Assembly (NCBI GenBank): GCA_002712005.1 | Contig: PASP01000003.1 | Coordinates: 59,383-123,382 of the forward strand | Direction of reading: 5' to 3' | DNA from: Halobacteriovoraceae bacterium | GTDB taxonomy: Bacteria > Bdellovibrionota > Bacteriovoracia > Bacteriovoracales > Bacteriovoracaceae | DNA length: 64,000 bases | Part shown: positions 54,701-61,951 of the stretch, piece by piece | Layout of the letters: each line of letters begins with the position of its first letter | How positions within the stretch are numbered: position 1 is the stretch's first letter | Program-made: the position numbers and the translations under genes | Notes under the pieces: generated by a model | What the model saw: only the letters and a program-made list of their open reading frames with translations | Told to the model about the DNA's origin: nothing | Database searches by the model: none

Positions 54701-56030
54701 CGCTTCTATTAAAGAGCGTCTTATTGAAAGACTAGAAGAAGCGGTTAAAGACCTCGAAGTTTCCGAAGCCTTCAAATTCAGTTGTACGGTTAATCCTGTT
54801 ATTTCGGAAGAAGATAAGTTGCGCCTTCAAAAACAAGTAAAAGAAGCTGGTGAAGAGGCCAGGGCCCAAGGGGGGAGAGTTATTGTTGATCGCTCTCAAG
54901 AAGAACTCCCTGGATACTGTGTTGGACCTTCCGTTTTTGAAGTTCCTAAGCATGTAGGAATGAATCAAGATTCTTATGCCTGTAAGGAACTCTTTGGTCC
55001 TGTTGTCCACATCATTCCCTATGAAGGACTTGATGATGCTCTTGATATCTTTCATGCAACTGACTATGCCCTAACGGGAGGAATTTTCAGTCAGTCACAA
55101 GATGATATTGATTACCTATCTCAATTTATGGAATGTGGGAGTTTATATATCAATAGAACGATCACAGGTGCTCGGGTTGGGATTGAACCCTTTGGTGGTT
55201 TTAAGATGTCTGGTACCGGTCCTAAGGCCGGAGGGAAGGTTTATATTCCTGCCTTTCACATTCACAAACATGCTGTTGATGAGACTAAGGTTTCTGAACA
55301 TTATGGAGCTGATTACACAATTGAATTGGCCGGTCGTTCAGGGTTAGGGCCGCAGATGCGCGTTGAGCGTATGGTTGCTGGGCTAGATCAATTTATTGAT
55401 CGCTTCGAGCAATTCTTTCAAGGGATTCGTGGTTCCGATAAGAAGTTAGTTATGAAGTTTAGAAAGTGGGTGGATAGAAATGCACTGACTTATATGACTA
55501 AGCAACATAAAAATACGCAGATTCCTGGTCAAATGAGCTATAGTGATTTCACCATTTCCGGAGAACATGCTGTAGCTGTTGTGGGCTCAGAAATTCCTCA
55601 TGTCACTACATTCTTACAAGTGAGTGCGGCCATCCTTATGGGAACGGGAGTAACGGTACTTTGTTGTAATAAGAAATCTTATGAATGGTGGTCTGCTCTT
55701 TTTAACTACTATCAATTGGCCGGAATCTCGAAAGAGAATTTCTCAGTCTATTATCCAACCGAAGAGGCCCTTGATAAAGAATTGAGTAATCCAATGATTA
55801 ATTATTTCATAGTTGATGGACATCAAGAATTTATCGAAAAAGTTACACCTTTAATTTACTCGGAAGAGTATACTGAAAAGCGTGTACGTCAGCTCTTTAC
55901 TCCATACGATACATTTAATCCCTATGACTTTAAGAGGCTATGTGGAATTTATGTTTGGGTTAGGGCCTTTGCTATCAATACAATGAGACATGGTGCTCCT
56001 CTTGAGATTGATTTAGACGTAGAACTCTAG
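51747..56030 (+). CDS. putA: Bifunctional proline dehydrogenase / L-glutamate-gamma-semialdehyde dehydrogenase (PutA), long form
   Basis: PRODH barrel (LVKGAYWDAE, HNFQ), ALDH domain (FPMAIP, ELGGKNAIIV, AGQKCSAASR) and a C-terminal ALDH-like domain. Start uncertain: TTG 51747 (track) or ATG 51798. Confidence 0.93.
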   Translation: MATNLDINFPSSKGFYSMKSQHQVNYEVPPIIPHVEETTVTINEEQWTIEFYSEYKDVVLGAMEEVVSKLSHHCLAEFSSHRTQVSLSGAPLLAGIFPAEKNISFYSPRLGRELFLIEHIQQNKSRDPLKSLVETNEYKKFKIYAEKVAGLTAHEFPSVHQLTTQKYKLPQMLGNKEFKDIEDKMSAKIEELVPLMEEYKPTLFEKVSDFGLDLTARFALMRIHLLKFVAILPSLDHDKEGTEVKRIFLETFRRLTIDSTKAKLLKLKGQEAPLPPMIYYALKVVLFIGKYIPAKILGELIRSSVRAMATRFIAGENIESVQDSFKSLFSTRRDVTLDQLGELVVSEKEADNYCSEVINLINGLGQHIKKGDKNKAGIYRSHVSIKVSALCSDFKPDAFDYTYKLVAPRLKQILIKAKEKEVFIHVDAEHYHYRDCVLEIYAKVLLDTPELHDFQQTAIVVQAYLRDGYQHLMDVLDLARKRNLLMPIRLVKGAYWDAETIEADAHSFDAPEFLNKEETDLNFRQMIHEIFKHGEYLQLCIASHNFQDHCFAETLREEKFPNAPVIEHQCLHMTYEALSVALAKMGWATRNYVPVGSLLVGMAYLVRRIMENSSQVGVLTIMRSHKKAARIDDPMTVHEDNIKNWSLQFDKTINKMTSDFFNITPIRTYLKEEKNIVASAYDKFKESMLGVHYSNDFLNEDDIKSNHADRVHKVFSSSDPDLLVGTICFAGKEDVDRAMDVVEKGYESGSWSRQFWLSRCSVLLKAADLMLARRNDLAALISYEAGKAIAESYADVDEAIDFLNYYAREERKVTAYSDQMVGRGPIVAITPWNFPMAIPTGMISGPLVSGNTVVLKSAEQTPLIAQMVVNIMHEAGVPKDALVHLPGQGEDIGQALVDHPKAAGYVFTGSRPVGQMISHKASKRFYHNKLWNLKFPVKAITELGGKNAIIVTANAELDETVAGILYSSFAHAGQKCSAASRVIVDASIKERLIERLEEAVKDLEVSEAFKFSCTVNPVISEEDKLRLQKQVKEAGEEARAQGGRVIVDRSQEELPGYCVGPSVFEVPKHVGMNQDSYACKELFGPVVHIIPYEGLDDALDIFHATDYALTGGIFSQSQDDIDYLSQFMECGSLYINRTITGARVGIEPFGGFKMSGTGPKAGGKVYIPAFHIHKHAVDETKVSEHYGADYTIELAGRSGLGPQMRVERMVAGLDQFIDRFEQFFQGIRGSDKKLVMKFRKWVDRNALTYMTKQHKNTQIPGQMSYSDFTISGEHAVAVVGSEIPHVTTFLQVSAAILMGTGVTVLCCNKKSYEWWSALFNYYQLAGISKENFSVYYPTEEALDKELSNPMINYFIVDGHQEFIEKVTPLIYSEEYTEKRVRQLFTPYDTFNPYDFKRLCGIYVWVRAFAINTMRHGAPLEIDLDVEL

Positions 56031-56055
56031 GCCAGAAGGCCTAGAGAATTTTTTT
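56027..56055 (+). terminator. Rho-independent terminator after putA
   Basis: CTAGGCC-AGAA-GGCCTAG followed by AGAATTTTTTT. The stem overlaps the putA stop codon. Confidence 0.75.
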
Positions 56056-56069
56056 GAGAGATTCGAAAA

Positions 56070-56555
56070 ATGATAAAAAATGCTACTGAAAAACTTAAGC
56101 AAACAGCTTATGTGAGATTATTTGGTTTAACTAAAATTCCTTTGATTTGGTTTATTTCTCCAGTTATTGAAAAAATGGATAGTACCCAAACCATTGTGAA
56201 GATTCCCTTAAAGAGAAAGACGAAGAATCATCTCAATTCTATGTATTTTGGTGTTATGTGTGCTGCTGCAGACATTGCTGGCGGTTTGGCCGCGATGAAA
56301 CAGATTCAAGACTCCGGTCGAAAAATTTCGTTATCTTTTAAAGATTTTAAAGCAGAATTTCATAAAAGAGCAGAGGGCGATACTCTCTTCATTAATCAAC
56401 AAGGCGCAGAGGTTAAAGACTTTATCGCCCAAGTTATTGAGTCTGGAGAAAGGATGAATATGCCCGTAGAAGTCATTGCTAAGACCCCTTCTAAGATGGG
56501 TGATGAGCCTGTAGCTTCCTTTACCTTAACCTTATCTTGTAAGTTAAAGAAATAG
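56070..56555 (+). CDS. Hotdog-fold thioesterase-like protein (PaaI/DUF4442-like)
   Basis: 161 aa. NSMYFGVMCAAADIAGGLAAM and the surrounding pattern resemble PaaI/DUF4442 hotdog proteins. The assignment is by motif only. Confidence 0.6.
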   Translation: MIKNATEKLKQTAYVRLFGLTKIPLIWFISPVIEKMDSTQTIVKIPLKRKTKNHLNSMYFGVMCAAADIAGGLAAMKQIQDSGRKISLSFKDFKAEFHKRAEGDTLFINQQGAEVKDFIAQVIESGERMNMPVEVIAKTPSKMGDEPVASFTLTLSCKLKK

Positions 56556-56557
56556 GA

Positions 56558-58150
56558 CTATATACCATTTATATAGTCTCTATTCTCATCTTCAATTTCT
56601 TTCTTGGTTTTAAGAAACTCATCCTTACAGGCCTTATCTAGTGTCTTCTTTAGAAATTGGCTTCCCCTCGTTTTCTTATCCACAACGAAGCAGCCTCCAT
56701 TAAGATATTTCTTGGGATGGAAGTAACGAAGAGTTGTCTCTGAGGGTTTACACTTCTTTGAAGAAACTGAACTTGAATAAAGAAGTGGACCTTTTTCTTT
56801 ATCGATTTCATAACATTTTCCAAAAAAGACAAGATTATCTTTATTTGAAATGATGCTATCAATATTAATTAAACTTTTAGATCTTTTTCTTTGTTTAGCA
56901 ATCCATTTTATAGGGAATGCATCAGGTGTATACCAATAGTATCGCGTACTCTCTGTTTTACAATTCTTATCCGTTGTATTTCCCCAGACCTCTTCACCAC
57001 GATAGAGAGACATTTTCTTACACTGACCTTCAAATGGATTCTCTGAGTTCGGGATCCACTTGAATTCTGTGGTACGTATGGTGCAGTATTTCTTGCTGAT
57101 ACTTCTTCTATAGCCTGATTCTTTATTCTTCTTATCTATCTCTATACAGTAAGATTTTTTGTTATAGGTGAGGGGAATGATTTCTAATTCTTCAACTCTA
57201 TCTTTGCATTGATCAAGTCCTGTTTTCTTTGTGACTTTTTTGCCCTGGGTTTCTTGGTCTATCTGAAAGCATTGTCCCGCAATGGGAGAGACTTTGATAA
57301 ATCGATAATCCATTTTAATATCTTTTAAGCAGAGTTCATCATTGACCTTATTTTGAAAACGATTTGTACTGAGGTCTTTACTTATTTCTAAGCAATAGGG
57401 ATCTTCACTCTGTACCCACTGATAGATGAGATTCGAGGCATCAGGTCGGCACTTATTTTTTGAAGCTGTAGCAATATAGTTCGCGATATTGCCATCTTTT
57501 GGAATTTCAAAGCATCTTCCTCTTTCACTATTCCAGATAAATTGGGTTTTATCAGGTCTACACTCCGAAAGAGAAGTGGGTTTAGACAGGTTGTTGACTT
57601 TATCGATTTCGAAACATTGCCCGCGAATTCCGGATGGTCCTAAGACAAATTTCATTTCTATTTGGGAAGATTTACAGAAATCAAAATTAACCTTCTTTAC
57701 AAAAGGTGTGGTTTCAAACTGTCCTAAGAGATAACAACTCCCTTCACTTAAAGTATACTCTTTATTCTTTGGAGTGCAGAATTTCCAAGATACAGGTTTA
57801 GAGTACTGATTTCCTCCGGTTGCTCTATCCACTTCAAAACATTTTCCTTTCGGTGCAGTCTGATCCTGAATCCAACGGTGTGAGATTTCTTCCTTTCCTG
57901 GATAGCACTTACTTGAGGGCACTATGCTTTGATATTTCTGGCCTGAAGTCTCGCGATCAAGTTCATAACATTTACCAGAAAATTTCTTACCCTCCATATT
58001 TTGAGGAAGCCACTGATAGTAAGTTGAACTAACCGCATCGTACTGAGCACTGAGGGGGGAGGATAAGATTAAAAAGAGAACTCCCCCCAGAAGACTTATT
58101 GGGGTTAGGGATTTGAAGTTGAGGAATTTTTGATGGAATGAACAGACCAC
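56558..58150 (-). CDS. Secreted protein made of about 11 tandem two-cysteine modules (unrecognised repeat family)
   Basis: Signal peptide (ISLLGGVLFLILSSPLSA). The repeated module is about 40-48 aa: aromatic-x-W...G-x-C-[FY]-E-[IV]-D-x3-G...C-x-P. Examples: GKCYELDRETSGQKYQSIVPSSKCYP, GKCFEVDRATGGNQYSKPVSWKFCTP, GQCFEIDKVNNLSKPTSLSECRP, GRCFEIPKDGNIANYIATASKNKCRP, GKCYEIDKEKGPLLYSSSVSSKKCKP. GTG start lies 46 nt inside the upstream receiver gene. Confidence 0.75.
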   Translation of the reverse strand: MVCSFHQKFLNFKSLTPISLLGGVLFLILSSPLSAQYDAVSSTYYQWLPQNMEGKKFSGKCYELDRETSGQKYQSIVPSSKCYPGKEEISHRWIQDQTAPKGKCFEVDRATGGNQYSKPVSWKFCTPKNKEYTLSEGSCYLLGQFETTPFVKKVNFDFCKSSQIEMKFVLGPSGIRGQCFEIDKVNNLSKPTSLSECRPDKTQFIWNSERGRCFEIPKDGNIANYIATASKNKCRPDASNLIYQWVQSEDPYCLEISKDLSTNRFQNKVNDELCLKDIKMDYRFIKVSPIAGQCFQIDQETQGKKVTKKTGLDQCKDRVEELEIIPLTYNKKSYCIEIDKKNKESGYRRSISKKYCTIRTTEFKWIPNSENPFEGQCKKMSLYRGEEVWGNTTDKNCKTESTRYYWYTPDAFPIKWIAKQRKRSKSLINIDSIISNKDNLVFFGKCYEIDKEKGPLLYSSSVSSKKCKPSETTLRYFHPKKYLNGGCFVVDKKTRGSQFLKKTLDKACKDEFLKTKKEIEDENRDYINGI

Positions 58151-58536
58151 GCACTAAAAACCTTATCTTTAAATTCGTTATGACCCCAGGGTTTTACTAA
58201 GTAATCAGATGTTCCTGATTCTGTTGCACTCAGCATCTCCGTAACATCATCATTGGCCGTAACCATGAGAAAGGGGATATTCTTTATTTTATCATGGGAT
58301 CGCACATATTTTAAAAGATCGAGTCCTGTAAAGTTTTCGAGATTCCAGTCACTAATAATATAGTCGGCAATTTCGCTGATTTTCTTGGCCTCTTCAAAAT
58401 TATCACTGATGGTGATCGGACCACTAAATTTCAACTGTTCTAAACCCATCTTGATGACTTCTGCGACATCTTCTTCATCCTCAACAATAAGAAAGTGGGT
58501 TTTGGGATCCATTTCAATTTCATCGTGCACTAGCAT
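58105..58536 (-). CDS. Single-domain CheY-like response regulator (receiver only)
   Basis: HFLIVEDEEDVAEVIK (acidic pocket), YIISDWNL (phospho-acceptor Asp), FLMVTAN (Thr) and YLVKPW (Lys). 143 aa with no output domain. No histidine kinase in the window. Confidence 0.9.
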   Translation of the reverse strand: MLVHDEIEMDPKTHFLIVEDEEDVAEVIKMGLEQLKFSGPITISDNFEEAKKISEIADYIISDWNLENFTGLDLLKYVRSHDKIKNIPFLMVTANDDVTEMLSATESGTSDYLVKPWGHNEFKDKVFSAWSVHSIKNSSTSNP

Positions 58537-58623
58537 GCTAACTCCTCATTCCTTTCATAATGAATACTATTCTAAAAATGAATGGGATTTTTGCCAAGCT
58601 AAGTGCTTATTTTTCATAGTTGA

Positions 58624-59466
58624 GTGAATTTCTTAGAAGAATTTTTTATTTTATTAAACGATTTTACCGATAAAAGAAGTATGAAATTAAGAAATCTTAA
58701 TAAAAGCTACCTTACTGCCAGTTTTTACACATTAATTTTTTCTACTACAGTTTACTGTGGTCTCCAATTTTTAAGTTTAAATTCTTACCTTAAAAGAGTT
58801 TTTATTTTACTTGGGGGCGATATCGCTAATGGAGGTATTATTCAGAGTTTTATATTCTTTTCGTTTATGTGGGCCTATCTTGAGATTCGCAAAGATAGAA
58901 AAGAAATAAAAAATGAATTTAAGTATTTATGTTTAGAATTATTACCTACTCGGGATAAGCATGTTCTCTTGCCCTTAGATATACCTCATATTGAATCTAA
59001 GCTGGCCAAGCTTGCTAAGTCTCAATCCCGTGATAAGGGTTCTATTCTTGTCCGACTTCTCAGTACGGCCTTATTAAAATTCAAATCTACTCAATCCATG
59101 AGTGAGACGATTGATGTCATTTCGATCCAAAGTGAAATATCTCGCGAACTTCATGAAAGTGAACACTCCAATATACGTTATCTTCTATGGCTGATTCCAA
59201 GTATTGGCTTTATTGGAACAGTTATTGGAATTTCTCAGGCCTTGAGCATTGCCGCTCAAGGGGATATGGAAGCGATTACAAGTATGCTAGGGGTGGCGTT
59301 TGATACGACTCTCGTCTCACTTGTTCTCAGCGCCATTGTTACGGGTCTTTTTCACCGACTCCAAGAAGAAACCGACAAACTTCATGCTCATATCAAAGAA
59401 TATGTCATTAGTAACTTTGTGAATCGTCTTGAAATTAAGAAAGATGATTTAAAATCAGCAGGGTAA
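58624..59466 (+). CDS. MotA/TolQ/ExbB-family proton-channel protein (4-TM, MotA-like topology)
   Basis: LWLIPSIGFIGTVIGISQAL...LGVAFDTTLVSLVLSAIVTGLF is the family-defining TM3/TM4 pattern (P-x-x-G-x-x-GTV-x-G ... A-x-x-TT-x-x-G/S-L). Two N-terminal TMs plus a cytoplasmic loop of about 100 aa. Start is GTG 58624 (track) or ATG 58681. Confidence 0.85.
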   Translation: MNFLEEFFILLNDFTDKRSMKLRNLNKSYLTASFYTLIFSTTVYCGLQFLSLNSYLKRVFILLGGDIANGGIIQSFIFFSFMWAYLEIRKDRKEIKNEFKYLCLELLPTRDKHVLLPLDIPHIESKLAKLAKSQSRDKGSILVRLLSTALLKFKSTQSMSETIDVISIQSEISRELHESEHSNIRYLLWLIPSIGFIGTVIGISQALSIAAQGDMEAITSMLGVAFDTTLVSLVLSAIVTGLFHRLQEETDKLHAHIKEYVISNFVNRLEIKKDDLKSAG

Positions 59467-59470
59467 TTTA

Positions 59471-60382
59471 ATGGCGTCGAAGAAAGAAATTCCCGGCCTT
59501 AATATTGCCCTTCTCGATATATTAACGGGTGCCCTCGGTGCGGTCATCATTCTCTTTGTTACAGTTCCTAAGGGAGTTAAGGATACTCCAGCTACGGAAA
59601 AAGCGAGAGGTCCTTCTGCTGAGGAGATTGCTAAAGAGAGTAAGGAAAGCCTTAGTAAAAAAATTCAAATTAGAGAAGAGGTGATTAAAAAGTTATCCCA
59701 AAAAATTCAGAATCTTGAAATGGAGAGTCGCAATAAAGAATCGATCTCTGAGGCAAAAATAAGAGAATTACAAGATAAAATGAAATATATGAGTGCTGAG
59801 ATTGAGCAGAATAATTATCAAGGTAAGGGGCTTCCTGTTGATGTAGGATTTGATTTTAAAGGTCGAAAAATTGTTTTTATTATTGATGTAAGCGGTTCGA
59901 TGAATAGAGAGGATCGAATTGGGCAAGTGAAAGCAGGGCTAAAAATGCTTATTACTTCAATGCCTAAAGATTATAATCTAGATGTGGTTGCTTTTCCCAA
60001 TCACCCTAGTGCGTACAGGCCTCTTTGGGGCGGGCTCAAAGCTCTTGATGAATTTAATAAAGATCATATTTATAGGTATCTTCTTAATTTAAAGGCCGTA
60101 GGATTTACCCCTACCGCTCAAGTCCTTAATTATGCCTTTGATACCTATCCCAATGCTACTGACTTTGTTCTTCTCTCTGATGGAGCTCCGACAAAGGGAA
60201 ATTCTAAAATTCCAGATAATATTTCTGAAATTCTTATTAATGTAAAACAAAGAAATAAGAAGAATATTAGAATAAGCACGATTGGGGTGGGTTCTTCTTT
60301 TTTAGATCGTAAAGATTCTTCGGCCTATGTTTTTTTACAAGAATTGGCACGTGATCACGGTGGCTTCTTTGTAGGTTTTTAA
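59471..60382 (+). CDS. ExbD/TolR/MotB-like membrane anchor fused to a coiled coil and a von Willebrand factor A (vWA) domain
   Basis: The N-terminus MASKKEIPGLNIALLDILTGALGAVIILFVTVP resembles the ExbD/TolR signature (basic tail, N-[IV]-x-P-L-[IL]-D-V-x-L-V-LL-I-F, TM-embedded Asp16). Residues about 45-115 are heptad-like and charged. The vWA domain has a full MIDAS: FIIDVSGSM (DxSxS at 59885-59899), GFTPT and LLSDGAPT. Starts 4 nt after the MotA/ExbB-like gene. Confidence 0.8.
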   Translation: MASKKEIPGLNIALLDILTGALGAVIILFVTVPKGVKDTPATEKARGPSAEEIAKESKESLSKKIQIREEVIKKLSQKIQNLEMESRNKESISEAKIRELQDKMKYMSAEIEQNNYQGKGLPVDVGFDFKGRKIVFIIDVSGSMNREDRIGQVKAGLKMLITSMPKDYNLDVVAFPNHPSAYRPLWGGLKALDEFNKDHIYRYLLNLKAVGFTPTAQVLNYAFDTYPNATDFVLLSDGAPTKGNSKIPDNISEILINVKQRNKKNIRISTIGVGSSFLDRKDSSAYVFLQELARDHGGFFVGF

Positions 60383-60419
60383 GTACAATCAGCTCTAAGA
60401 TTATATTATCGAGGTCTAT

Positions 60420-61007
60420 GTGGATTCATCTCTCTTTGATGTCGTCTTCCAAAATACTAAGAAGTGGGTTGAAGAGGTCGTCATCGGTTTAAATTTATGT
60501 CCTTTCGCCAAGAAATCATGGAATAGGGGAGCTTGGAGAATCGATATTCTTGAAGAGGATCAGCACCTTCCATCATTGAATCTTATCATCGCTGAAATTG
60601 AGAGTGCGATTCCATCCTTCAAAAGCGGTGAAATCGAAAATCAATTAATTGCTCTTCCTCGTTGTAAAGATTCCTTTATCCCGTTTCTTAATCTTTCTTC
60701 ACTTGTAGAGATGGAACTCGAGGTTAGAGGTCATCTTGAGGAAGTTCAAATGATCGTCTTTCATCCCGAGTTTAGATTTGAAGGTGAGGCAAAGAATGCT
60801 CGAGGAAATTATGTGAATCGTTCTCCTTATCCGACACTCCATATTTTGAAGAAAGAGGCCATGGATGAGATCGTCGCCGTCCATGGAGAAGAGATAGGGC
60901 TTGAGCTGAGTATGAATAACAATACATTTTTGTCATCGTTGAATGAAAAAGAATTTGAAGTTAAAATTCTATCGTATATAAAAAACTCTAACTGGCCTTT
61001 GGCGTAG
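60420..61007 (+). CDS. Conserved hypothetical protein, DUF1415-like
   Basis: The N-terminal WVEEVVIGLNLCPFAKK recalls the LCPFA motif of the DUF1415 family, from memory and unverified. GTG start, 195 aa. Confidence 0.55.
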   Translation: MDSSLFDVVFQNTKKWVEEVVIGLNLCPFAKKSWNRGAWRIDILEEDQHLPSLNLIIAEIESAIPSFKSGEIENQLIALPRCKDSFIPFLNLSSLVEMELEVRGHLEEVQMIVFHPEFRFEGEAKNARGNYVNRSPYPTLHILKKEAMDEIVAVHGEEIGLELSMNNNTFLSSLNEKEFEVKILSYIKNSNWPLA

Positions 61008-61014
61008 GTGAAAA

Positions 61015-61812
61015 ATGTTTAAGCCCCGTTCTTTTCTATTTCTTATAACAACCTCTCTTTTTATTTCTATTTCTAGTTGCAGTTCTTTCTCTGAAAAGAG
61101 AGAGCTTGAAAGTAAGAAAGAAAATCCTCAGACTCCGTTCTTAGTTGCTACAAAATATTTTCAAAATTCTGCTGAAGCTGCAGCCCTCTATCATCAAGGA
61201 TATAACGTAGCTTTCCAATATGTAGATTCTCTGATGAAGACTTATAGGGAAAAGAAGCCTGCTTGTGTCGTGCTCGATATTGACGAAACCGTTTTAAATA
61301 ACTCTTATTATCAAGGAAGCCTCTATCACGAAAGTAAGAGCTTCTCTGATGAAACTTGGGATGAGTGGGTAAGACAGTCTCGTGCCCCAGCACTTCCTGG
61401 TGTCGTAGAATATATTGAAAAGGTGAGAGAGTTAGGAGTGGAGGTAATCTTTATTACAAATCGCCGCTCTTATTTAATTGAACCTACTCTTGAAAATCTA
61501 ACTCGTGTTGGAATAAAAGCAGAAAGACGCTACATTGTAGGGAGAGATAAGATCCATTCAAAAGAAATGAGAAGAGCAAGATTTAAGAAATTCTGTAATA
61601 TCGTCCAGCTCATTGGAGATAATCTCTCTGACTTTTCCGACGACTATCAAGGAAGTACAATTCAAGAAAGAAAAGATAAATTAGAGTCTCAGCATTCTCT
61701 TTTAGGTTCTCGTTATATTCTTCTTCCTAATCCTATGTATGGAGACTGGAGAAAAACGATTCTTCCCAAGCCTCTAAAAAAGATGGAAGATCTTGATTCT
61801 TTAAAAAAATGA
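61015..61812 (+). CDS. Class C acid phosphatase / 5'-nucleotidase, lipoprotein e(P4) family (HAD superfamily)
   Basis: Lipobox ISISSC. VVLDIDETVLNNSYYQ and LIGDNLSDFSDDY form the bipartite DDDD motif of class C phosphatases. AGGTG RBS, 7 nt after the previous stop. Confidence 0.88.
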   Translation: MFKPRSFLFLITTSLFISISSCSSFSEKRELESKKENPQTPFLVATKYFQNSAEAAALYHQGYNVAFQYVDSLMKTYREKKPACVVLDIDETVLNNSYYQGSLYHESKSFSDETWDEWVRQSRAPALPGVVEYIEKVRELGVEVIFITNRRSYLIEPTLENLTRVGIKAERRYIVGRDKIHSKEMRRARFKKFCNIVQLIGDNLSDFSDDYQGSTIQERKDKLESQHSLLGSRYILLPNPMYGDWRKTILPKPLKKMEDLDSLKK

Positions 61813-61936
61813 TTAACTAAACAGACAAAGAAGCAGAAAAAAATTCAAGAAATAGGCCTTTTTTCATGTGTAAGTGCTTTAAATTACACATATTAAAAAA
61901 AAAAGCTTTTATTACTCAAGCTTTGGTAGGGGTTGT

Positions 61937-61944
61937 GCCGATAA
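61937..61944 (+). promoter_or_regulatory. Perfect sigma-28-type -10 element GCCGATAA, 7 nt upstream of the GTG at 61952
   Basis: An exact GCCGATAA was read in the sequence. The -35 region is only a partial match (CAAGCTTT versus TAAAGTTT, spacer 12 instead of 11). Confidence 0.3.
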
Positions 61945-61951
61945 AACAAGA

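Noticed and set aside
61866-61893. Hairpin ATGTGTAA-N12-TTACACAT after the phosphatase gene, flanked by a T-run upstream and an A-run downstream.
   Set aside because: The T-run precedes the stem on the plus strand, and the stem is AT-rich, so it is not a convincing intrinsic terminator in the gene's orientation.
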